NCBI GenBank assembly: GCA_051532035.1 | Contig: JAOPTW010000012.1 | Location: 32,001 to 96,000 of the forward strand | Direction of reading: 5' to 3' | Length of the DNA: 64,000 nt | From: Fibrobacterales bacterium | Lineage (GTDB): Bacteria; Fibrobacterota; Fibrobacteria; Fibrobacterales; JAOPTW01 | Notes under the pieces: model-generated | The model's input: only the letters and a program-made list of their open reading frames with translations | Told to the model about the DNA's origin: nothing | Database searches by the model: none | Shown: one piece after another, positions 10,777 through 18,941 of the stretch | How positions within the stretch are numbered: the stretch's first letter is position 1 | How the letters are laid out: each line of letters opens with the position of its first letter | Translations under genes and position numbers: made by a program

Positions 10777-13061
10777 TTCGTTCAAGTATATTGATGATAA
10801 TTCTTGTAGTGAGTTCTCTCCTAGTGGTCGGGTGTTTTGTGTCATCCCCCAAATATGAAACATTTGTCCCCGCGGCTCCCCCGAGTGCCCGAGGAATAGT
10901 TGAGTTCACTGGTTATTCGAATGATACCCTTCGGTTAGAAATTCCTACAGTATGGAATACTTTAGAAGGTACCCGAAACTTGTATGCTTTTATACCTGCA
11001 GTGTTATCGTTTGATACGGAATACCTCTATACTGGTGTAATATTGAGCACTCTTACCATGTCAGAATATACTATTCCAAGTCACATACTTATTAATGCTA
11101 ATGGTAATAGTAGCGATGATATTTTAAGTAATGTACAGCTGATTGATTCGACTCAATTTGCACAAGGGTATACCTTACGCTATAGTGCGCTACATCAGCA
11201 AGCCGAGGTTTGGTTCTATGATATCGTGATTCCTCTGGAGGGGAAGGGATACCTTATACGTTTTATGTGTGATATAGCTCAGAGTATTGAGCTCCCTGAC
11301 CTTGATCAAGTACGCTCGTCTATTGCTATAACTCTCTCAACGGTGGAGTTATCATATGGCTCCGGATGGTTTATGAATGATACCAATGCTGCACTGATTT
11401 ATGATAGAAATGTAAATTGGAACTCTGATAATGGTGATCCAAGTATTACCATGACTATGCACGATACCTTTGCAATACAGATCAAGAGTAACGACCCTAT
11501 GGAGATGAATAGGGCGGTTAGATGTGAATTTATGAATCAAACTATAGCTGCCGAAGAAAACATTTGTTCAGGAATCGCTACAGGAAATACTGGTGTTGTG
11601 GATACGTTAGTAGTATACAGTGTAAATCCAATGACCGCTGCTCCGGGGGATACCTTTAAACTTGTTGTGGAATATGAGGTAAGTACACCAATTCCCCTTG
11701 TGACAATTGCAGAGTCAACGATTCACCCCAATGCACGTATAAAGGTGGCGGCGCGAGGATACAAGAATACTCAATATAACGGTTTGGGGGACTTTGCCTT
11801 ATGGAGTTCTCAGGGAGATACCTTAATACAGTTAGAGAACTTATTGGGGCGTGAGGCGTTGTTACAAGATACAACCGTTTCTCTGGATTATACCGTTCCT
11901 GAAGGAGTTGATTCAATTACCTTTATTCTCGAAGTCCAAGATGTTGATGCTATTACTGATACTTTAACAAAGACGGTTAAAATAGAAGCACATGTGTTTG
12001 ATACCCTTCGCCTAGCCGGTATTACGGATAGTGACTTTATAGAAATGGCATTTCCTGATTCCTGGAAGTATTCAAAAGTGGATAACGGTCACGAGTTTAA
12101 AAACTCTTTTTATTCTGGTTTTAGTGGTTCATATGATTCAGAAGATGTGAAGAGTGCCTGTGTATATCAAACAGTTAAAGGGAGTGGCTATACCTCTATC
12201 TCCAATACCTATTTAAGTGATGTGGGCGCCCGTTCTGGACAGGTGATCACTGATCTTATTGTGGTTGATAGTAGTAACGCAGAGGGGCTAAAAAGAGTTG
12301 AATATTCGGGGAGTGTATTGGAACGTGGCTTTGTTTTTTATGATGTTCTGAGAGGGGTGAGTGACTGGAATCATCTTATTCGTTGCTATGGAGAAGAGAG
12401 AAATAAATTGGAATTGGCTGAAGTTGTTGATTCTCTAGTAAGTTCTTTAGTGATAGAATACCCCGCAATCGAGGTAACGTTTAGTAATGTGATTATCAAT
12501 AATGACACTTCTCTTTCAACGCCATCATTTTATCGAACTAACGATACATTAAGCTATGTGGTAACAATCACTGACACCCTAAATGGTGAGTTTGAGGTTG
12601 TTTGTTCTATGGGGGATTCAACAAAAGCTATTGTTGGTGATACGTGTAACGGGCTGGTAACTACCATAGGTGGGGAGTTAGCTGTTTTGGTAACCGACCC
12701 CTTGGGCGTCACGAAAGAATATAGAGAAGCTATTGATGTGAGAGAAAGTTGGATCAGGGGACGTTTTGAATCTGGCACCTCTCCGTGGGTTTATGCTGGA
12801 GCCCCGACTAAAGTTCTGTTTAGCGCTTATGATAGCTATGACCATAGTTCGTTCAAGAGAATATATGTTACTATAGATAATGGGACGGTTCTTTTTGATG
12901 GGACAGGTGTGGATGCAGATTCTATCCATTCGTACGGAAGTACGCATCTATTAGAGTATGAGGCTCCTGATGATGTTGGTTTTTATAATTACATTCTAGA
13001 AGTTACTAATGATCGTGATTCGGTAGTGGCCGACACCTTTGAGTTCCAAATCATGCCATAG
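10773..13061 (+). CDS. Hypothetical lipoprotein, beta-rich with internal duplication
   Basis: Lipobox VVGC; ATGA overlap with upstream gene; duplicated DTLRL...P..W and FYD...LIR segments. Confidence 0.65.
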   Translation: MIRSSILMIILVVSSLLVVGCFVSSPKYETFVPAAPPSARGIVEFTGYSNDTLRLEIPTVWNTLEGTRNLYAFIPAVLSFDTEYLYTGVILSTLTMSEYTIPSHILINANGNSSDDILSNVQLIDSTQFAQGYTLRYSALHQQAEVWFYDIVIPLEGKGYLIRFMCDIAQSIELPDLDQVRSSIAITLSTVELSYGSGWFMNDTNAALIYDRNVNWNSDNGDPSITMTMHDTFAIQIKSNDPMEMNRAVRCEFMNQTIAAEENICSGIATGNTGVVDTLVVYSVNPMTAAPGDTFKLVVEYEVSTPIPLVTIAESTIHPNARIKVAARGYKNTQYNGLGDFALWSSQGDTLIQLENLLGREALLQDTTVSLDYTVPEGVDSITFILEVQDVDAITDTLTKTVKIEAHVFDTLRLAGITDSDFIEMAFPDSWKYSKVDNGHEFKNSFYSGFSGSYDSEDVKSACVYQTVKGSGYTSISNTYLSDVGARSGQVITDLIVVDSSNAEGLKRVEYSGSVLERGFVFYDVLRGVSDWNHLIRCYGEERNKLELAEVVDSLVSSLVIEYPAIEVTFSNVIINNDTSLSTPSFYRTNDTLSYVVTITDTLNGEFEVVCSMGDSTKAIVGDTCNGLVTTIGGELAVLVTDPLGVTKEYREAIDVRESWIRGRFESGTSPWVYAGAPTKVLFSAYDSYDHSSFKRIYVTIDNGTVLFDGTGVDADSIHSYGSTHLLEYEAPDDVGFYNYILEVTNDRDSVVADTFEFQIMP

Positions 13062-13412
13062 GTGTTGTGCTTGTAAAAGAAAGTGGTGTTAAGTATCTTC
13101 CTTCGGGGCATGTTATCGTTTAAGAAGGGTGAGATGAATGAGGACGAGTTGGTGCAGATGCTGGAGGGGGTTCGGGATGGGGGAGAGACTGTTTGCTTGT
13201 GATTGATGCTGTCTCTCTATGGTCGTAGCTTTTGAGAATGGCGATATCTTAATTGGAATGGGTAGTCAGGGGTAGGGCCCTTTGTCTCAGGTCAAAATGT
13301 CCGTTGAGTATAATTAATACCTAACTAAAATCCCCGTTTTGATTGCCTCATATCAGCAACAACATTTATGACTCGCAGTGAAAGCAGAGGGCGGTATACT
13401 GTCAAACACATT

Positions 13413-13497
13413 TGTGCACTCAATATATTGTTTCAATCCAGTATGTGCACTCAATCAGTTTTTTTTAGGATCATTTAGAGTGATTTGTGCACTTAAT
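13413..13497 (+). promoter_or_regulatory. Three direct repeats TGTGCACTYAAT, putative transcription-factor boxes
   Basis: Copies at 13413, 13444 and 13486; a fourth at 1177-1188. Confidence 0.5.
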
Positions 13498-13617
13498 TAT
13501 ACGTGAAATGATACACTTCATATATTTACAACTATCTCGATTACAATCTCTATCTCCTTGAATGGTAGATTTTGCCTATATAAGAGACACAACCTTTATA
13601 CCCCTAGAGAGACGATT

Positions 13618-16600
13618 ATGAAAAGATTAATTCTTGTTTTTGCAATAACGATATCATTTGTTTTGTTTGGTTGTTTAACAACCAATGTATCAGGTTCAAG
13701 AGATTATGTGATTTCTATAGAAAATAGCAAGCTTCTGATGATTGATAGTATTGTGGTGAATCGCAATGTTGGTGGTAACGTTGATACATTGACGTATGTG
13801 CATAGTGAAGATTATGATGGTCTTGCACTCCTTGTAAAAATTTCGTTCCCTATTGCATCCGATGTAGATGTGGCGGTAACCGTTGACTATCGATGTTATT
13901 CATATGGGCTTCCGGTTATTGATAAAGGCCGGTCGTTTCAATATACAGAAGCAGAAGGTCAAGTACGCGGTGGGGTAAATCCTCAAACAGTATCTCTTCT
14001 TGGTGAATTTCAGAATCGCATTACTACAGATGTAACTCTTGATAGTTCTGGTCGTGCAAGTGTTTTTGACTCACTTTTTGTTGACTATATCTTGTTTAAA
14101 AATGATATCACTCAGGTGGACTCAACGGTGTTACCCCTTTTTGAAACCTATGGCCTAAAAGAAGGGGCCGATGTGGCGTATTTAGTGGTGCTCCTTACCG
14201 ATACTCTTTCGGAGAGAGGGGTGAATTCTGCTGCGGTAACCCTTGAGTCAATTATCGGGGTTTCTGAGTTAGAGATTCTTGGGTATGTTTCGTTGTATAG
14301 TGATACGGTCACTGTCATAAATTCGGGTGAAAATGTGGCGGGGGGTGTTGAAACCCCTTCTCGTTCCATAGAGATTGTAGTGAGTTCTAGTGAAGAGGAT
14401 AAGTCGAGTCAAGCTTCATCCTCTTTATCTTCTTCATTGTCATCGTCATTATCTTCATCGTCGTTATCATCTTCATCTTCATCATCGTTATCTTCATCGT
14501 CGTTATCATCTTCTTCATCTTCTTCATCTTCATCATCTTCTTCATCATCTTCATCTTCATCATCGTTATCTTCATCGTCGTTATCATCTTCATCTTCATC
14601 ATCTTCATCATCTTCATCATCGATATCATCTTCATCATCGCCATCCTCCTCGTCATCTTTATCATCATCGAGTGTGCAACAAAATCATACTATTACTTTT
14701 CAATCTTTTGGAAATGGTACCGTTTCTATTGCCCCTTTTGAAGTAATTGCCGGAGTGGCAGCACAAGTGCCTGGTGTTACTTTCGTCCCTGCTGATGGGT
14801 ATGTATTGAGTGAGTGGGTTCCTACAGTCGGAGAGTGTATCGTTAATAATAGAGAACCGCTTAATATTACCTGTAGCAAGTCAAGTATACTCTATGCAAA
14901 ATTTGAGAAAATAGAGTACACCATTGCTGTCACTAAAATAGGACTTTGTGGGAGCGTTGGAACAGGTCCATATAATTATTCTGTCGGAGCAGGTGCTGTA
15001 CCGCTCAGTATTACTGAAGGAGACTATTGTACAGTATCAAGTGTTTCGTCAACAGGCTTAGAAATAACTCGAAATGGAAATGCCTATTCTGTAACGGGAA
15101 TTAATACCGGCAATTTTAACCCGAGTGGTAACGCCTTTAATGTTATGGTTGCCTTTGAAAAGGTTGCTGTACCCCAAGTTGAAATTAGCTTTGCGTGCTA
15201 TCTAAATGGAGCCAGTATTGATTGTAGCGACGTTCACACGGCAACACTCAATACTATTGTTTTAACAGAGGAGAGTGGCCCTTATACATTTACGCCATCA
15301 CCAAAAACAGGATATGATTTTGGTGATGTAAGTGTTGGCTCTAATGTTACCACTAATGGAAATACTATTGGGTACATCTCTTTCGGAACTGGTGTGGTTA
15401 CTGTTAATTATACGAGAAAAGAGTATGTAATTCCTGTGCAAGCTGAAGGGAATGGCACAGTAAGCTCTACAAGTGTGACTTTAAATCATGGTGAAGCTAC
15501 CGTCCTTCCTATTGTATCAACACCAGATGTAGGGTACCATTCTAAATGGACCGGATATGATGGTTGTGTGGTCAATGATCAAGCACCTTTAACAGTGACC
15601 TGTAACGATGAAAAGGGGTATATAAAAGTAGAGTTTGAAAAGAAGATATTTGCTGATGTTTCTTCAGGAAAACATCACACAATGATATTAGGAGTAAATG
15701 GCACGTTATGGGCTACTGGTCGTAATGATTTTAGTGCACTTGGTGATGGTACGACTGTAGACAAAAGTACACCCGTTCAGGTTATGACTGATGTTGAAGG
15801 TGTTTCAGCAGGGGTATATCACACAATGATGTTAAAAATAGATGGCACGTTATGGGCAGCTGGGAATAATAACTATGGTCAACTTGGTGATGCTACGGCT
15901 TGGAATATAAATACCCCCATTCAGGTGATGACTGGTGTAGCGAATGTTTCTGCAGGGGGGTATCACACAATGATATTAAAAACAGATGGTACCTTATGGG
16001 CTACTGGGTATAATAAATATGGTCAACTTGGTGATGGTACGACTGCAGATAAAAGTACTCCCATTCAGATTATGACCGATGTTGCGAGTGTTTCAGCAGG
16101 GGTATTTCAAACAATGATACTAAAATTAGATGGTACTTTATGGGCTATTGGGCGTAATGATTATGGTCAACTTGGTGATGGTACGACAGTAAATAAAAGT
16201 ACCCCCGTTCAGGTTATGATCGGTGTATCGAGTGTTTCTGCAGGGGGGTATCACACAACGATAATGAAAACAGATGGTACTTTATGGGCAACTGGGAATA
16301 ATAACTATGGTCAACTTGGTGATGGAACAACGGTTGATAAGAGTACCCCCGTTCAGGTTATGACCGGTGTTTCGAGTACTTTTGCAGGGTTTCAGCAGAC
16401 AATGATATTAAAAATAGATGGTGCTTTATGGGCAACTGGGTGGAATTATTATGGTCAACTTTGTGATGGAACAACGGTTGATAAGAGTACCCCCGTTCAG
16501 GTTATGACCGGTATTTCGAGTGTTTCTGGAGGGAATAGTCACACAATGATATTAAAAACAGATGGCAGTTTATGGGCTACTGGGGGTAATGTTTTTGGTC

Positions 16601-16656
16601 AACTTGGTGATGGTACAATGGTAGATAAGAGCACTTCAATAGAAATACTCTTTTAA
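13618..16656 (+). CDS. Surface lipoprotein: N-domain, poly-Ser linker, InlB-B-like repeats, 7-repeat RCC1/BLIP-II propeller
   Basis: Lipobox LFGC; seven 48-aa HTMILKxDGTLWATGxNxYGQLGDG repeats. Confidence 0.88.
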   Translation: MKRLILVFAITISFVLFGCLTTNVSGSRDYVISIENSKLLMIDSIVVNRNVGGNVDTLTYVHSEDYDGLALLVKISFPIASDVDVAVTVDYRCYSYGLPVIDKGRSFQYTEAEGQVRGGVNPQTVSLLGEFQNRITTDVTLDSSGRASVFDSLFVDYILFKNDITQVDSTVLPLFETYGLKEGADVAYLVVLLTDTLSERGVNSAAVTLESIIGVSELEILGYVSLYSDTVTVINSGENVAGGVETPSRSIEIVVSSSEEDKSSQASSSLSSSLSSSLSSSSLSSSSSSSLSSSSLSSSSSSSSSSSSSSSSSSSSLSSSSLSSSSSSSSSSSSSISSSSSPSSSSSLSSSSVQQNHTITFQSFGNGTVSIAPFEVIAGVAAQVPGVTFVPADGYVLSEWVPTVGECIVNNREPLNITCSKSSILYAKFEKIEYTIAVTKIGLCGSVGTGPYNYSVGAGAVPLSITEGDYCTVSSVSSTGLEITRNGNAYSVTGINTGNFNPSGNAFNVMVAFEKVAVPQVEISFACYLNGASIDCSDVHTATLNTIVLTEESGPYTFTPSPKTGYDFGDVSVGSNVTTNGNTIGYISFGTGVVTVNYTRKEYVIPVQAEGNGTVSSTSVTLNHGEATVLPIVSTPDVGYHSKWTGYDGCVVNDQAPLTVTCNDEKGYIKVEFEKKIFADVSSGKHHTMILGVNGTLWATGRNDFSALGDGTTVDKSTPVQVMTDVEGVSAGVYHTMMLKIDGTLWAAGNNNYGQLGDATAWNINTPIQVMTGVANVSAGGYHTMILKTDGTLWATGYNKYGQLGDGTTADKSTPIQIMTDVASVSAGVFQTMILKLDGTLWAIGRNDYGQLGDGTTVNKSTPVQVMIGVSSVSAGGYHTTIMKTDGTLWATGNNNYGQLGDGTTVDKSTPVQVMTGVSSTFAGFQQTMILKIDGALWATGWNYYGQLCDGTTVDKSTPVQVMTGISSVSGGNSHTMILKTDGSLWATGGNVFGQLGDGTMVDKSTSIEILF
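14404..14673 (+). repeat. Low-complexity TCN repeat encoding a roughly 90-residue poly-Ser linker
   Basis: TCA/TCT/TCG runs with a recurring tcatcgttatcttcatcgtcgttatcatct block. Confidence 0.9.
15673..16653 (+). repeat. 144-bp coding tandem repeat, 7 copies (RCC1 blades)
   Basis: Unit starts at 15673, 15817, 15961, 16105, 16249, 16393, 16537. Confidence 0.9.
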
Positions 16657-16820
16657 TTTTAAACCGATACTTGCTTTAAAATAGGTCGAGTCAATTGTGA
16701 AATAATGTATGCACGATGGTGGTGATAGGGGCTCTTTAAACTTGATCACCGGATACATCAACTATATGATGTATTGTGTAGGTATTGATGAGTTGGTGCT
16801 GATATAATCAAAAGGTGAAT

Positions 16821-16858
16821 AAAAAAAGGTGAGGGGCAGACCAGTCCTCACCCTTTTT
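16821..16858. terminator. Probable bidirectional intrinsic terminator
   Basis: A-run, GGTGAGG...CCTCACC stem, T-run, between convergent genes. Confidence 0.75.
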
Positions 16859-16895
16859 ATGGTGCGTTTAATAGTATACACAGTTAAACGACCGA

Positions 16896-17822
16896 CTATG
16901 CTGCGTCCGATGCCTCCTCAGGGTTTGTATCGATATCCGAATCAGATTCTGAATGAGTATGCTTAGGAATTAAAGTATCGACTTCTTCTTCAGACTTTGA
17001 AACTTCGACCGAATCTTCTGTTACGCTTGTTTTTGATTTTTGTGACTTTGCATTTAAGCGGCTTTGTTTGCTGTAAAATTGACTCTTTGTTTCTTTGTCC
17101 TCGATATAGACCATCTCTACCCAGGTACGAAGATATTTAATTGACTCTTCCAATAGGGTAACTGTAGTATCTCTGATGATACGGGGTTCAGAATAAGTAG
17201 TACCATCAATTGTTGAACTCTTATGCTTTCTCCCAAGAACAGACCCAAGCTCAATAGCACGATCTAATTCTTGTACGGTAACCTTTACCTCTGCTAACTC
17301 AGAAATCATCTGTTTACCAATTCTACCGAGGTCAAAAAGATCTTGAATGGTATCACTGATTCTGCTCCCATCAGATATTTTACGTACAATCTCTTTTCGA
17401 TTGGCGTCATTGGCACACACAAATTTAACGCGACTGAGTAACCGAGTTCTCAACGTTTTAGCTTCAGCAAAGATATGAGACCAACTCTCTTCATTAGGCT
17501 TTACACCTTCCTTCGTATTCATATTTGCCTGAGCAATACGAGCAGAGGCAATGCGACGATACATAAGGTCGGCTGTCTCTTGCTTAAAGCCCTCTGCGCT
17601 CATCTCATCAAACCTACGCATGAGAATTTCATAGTACCCTTCAGCCTCTTCGAGATAGATATCCCTTTTCATAGTAGGCTTATAGAATTTCTCTAATTTT
17701 GTGTTTTTGATAAGATCAAGATCTTCGTTATAAATTACTTCGTAGTTGATTGGATTAATAGCAGCTGAAGTTTCAGGTGTAATAGATTCAATTGTTTTTG
17801 TTTCTTTGTTATTCTTAGTCAT
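16896..17822 (-). CDS. Uncharacterised alpha-helical protein with acidic tail
   Basis: 308-aa ORF with SD-like TAAGGT; motifs YLEEAEGYY, DTIQDLFDLG, RIIRD; no named domain recognised. Confidence 0.75.
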   Translation of the reverse strand: MTKNNKETKTIESITPETSAAINPINYEVIYNEDLDLIKNTKLEKFYKPTMKRDIYLEEAEGYYEILMRRFDEMSAEGFKQETADLMYRRIASARIAQANMNTKEGVKPNEESWSHIFAEAKTLRTRLLSRVKFVCANDANRKEIVRKISDGSRISDTIQDLFDLGRIGKQMISELAEVKVTVQELDRAIELGSVLGRKHKSSTIDGTTYSEPRIIRDTTVTLLEESIKYLRTWVEMVYIEDKETKSQFYSKQSRLNAKSQKSKTSVTEDSVEVSKSEEEVDTLIPKHTHSESDSDIDTNPEEASDAA

Positions 17823-18259
17823 TACGGTGTTACCTTATAGGCTCATACATTGTGAACTGATTCCTTGAGCCAAATAAAAAGAGAATCAGTCAATTAACAC
17901 ACATTAGACGTCTCTCAGAATATTTGTGTAACAACAAAATGAATAAAACTTTATTTAAATTGATATTCCCCCTTGCAAAACAGTGGCTAGCAATTTGTGA
18001 ATATTGAGCATTGAGGGGAGTTTTATACAATACGATTCATAAACGGTACTCTGATAATGAAAATTATACAAGGAGCTCTCAGAATTAATTGGGAAATTAT
18101 TTTTCAATGCTGTACACGGGCCTATAATTGTATCCTTCTTGTTTTAGTTTACAAGGTTATTTGAAAAGATAGGCTCTCTTTGTGATTGTGCAATCAGACA
18201 TAGATGCATTATCTAAGGAGTATGTAACTCTGAGGCAAATATAATGAGTGGATGGTACA

Positions 18260-18669
18260 TGGAATTACAGTGCAGGCCAAAATTGTTGGTGAGATACGCT
18301 ACCGGATTTGAGTTTAGGGCAAAATTGTTGCCGAGAAATGGTTCCGGATTTGAGTTTAGGGCAAAATTGTTGCTGAGAAATGGTTCCGGATTGAGTTTAG
18401 GGCAAAATTGTTGCTGAGAAATGGTTCCGGATTTGAGTGCTGGCCTAAATGGTTGGTGAGATATGCTTCCGGATTTGAGTGATGGCCTAAATGGTAGGTG
18501 AGATATGCTTCCGGATTTGAGTGCTGGCCTAAATGGTTGGTGAGATATGCTTCCGGATTGAGTGCTGGGCAAAATGGTTGGTGAGAAATGGTTCCGGATT
18601 GAGTGTAGGTCAAAATTGTTGCTGAGAAATGGTTCCGGATTTGAGTTCAGGGCAAAATTGTTGCTGAGT
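18260..18669. repeat. Tandem array of about ten 41/42-bp units, probably non-coding
   Basis: Units start with CCGGATT(T)GAGT at 18302, 18344, 18386, 18427, 18469, 18511, 18553, 18594, 18635, plus a degenerate first unit. Confidence 0.92.
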
Positions 18670-18941
18670 AGTTATGAGGGTACTTTAGTAATGGGAAGAA
18701 TGGGGTAGTGCCGTAGCCTAGATGTATCAACAATCGCTCATTCGTAGCCTAAACTTCATTTATCTAATGTAAAGAGGGAGATACCCTGAATTCAGGTATG
18801 TGGTTAATTGAGTCTATTACTAAGTTCATTAGTGTATGATGATTCTGTTGTTGTTTGTGGGAATGAAAACAGCGATCAGAAATGGATATTCATAGAAATA
18901 GGTACTGAGATAGAATGAGCAAAAACCATTTTAGGAAATAG

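Noticed and set aside
13062..13300. G-rich intergenic stretch with a short ORF
   Set aside because: About 22 codons with no recognisable motif; cannot support a gene or RNA call
14387..14746. Met/Lys-rich and His-rich ORFs
   Set aside because: Antisense and alternative-frame shadows of the poly-Ser tract
18213..18613. ORFs of 119 and 85 aa over the array
   Set aside because: By-products of the repeat; 41-bp units shift frames and no convincing RBS was seen
18260..18669. CRISPR or TIGR-type guide array
   Set aside because: No unique spacers, since variable segments recur between units; no cas or Nop-domain gene recognised nearby
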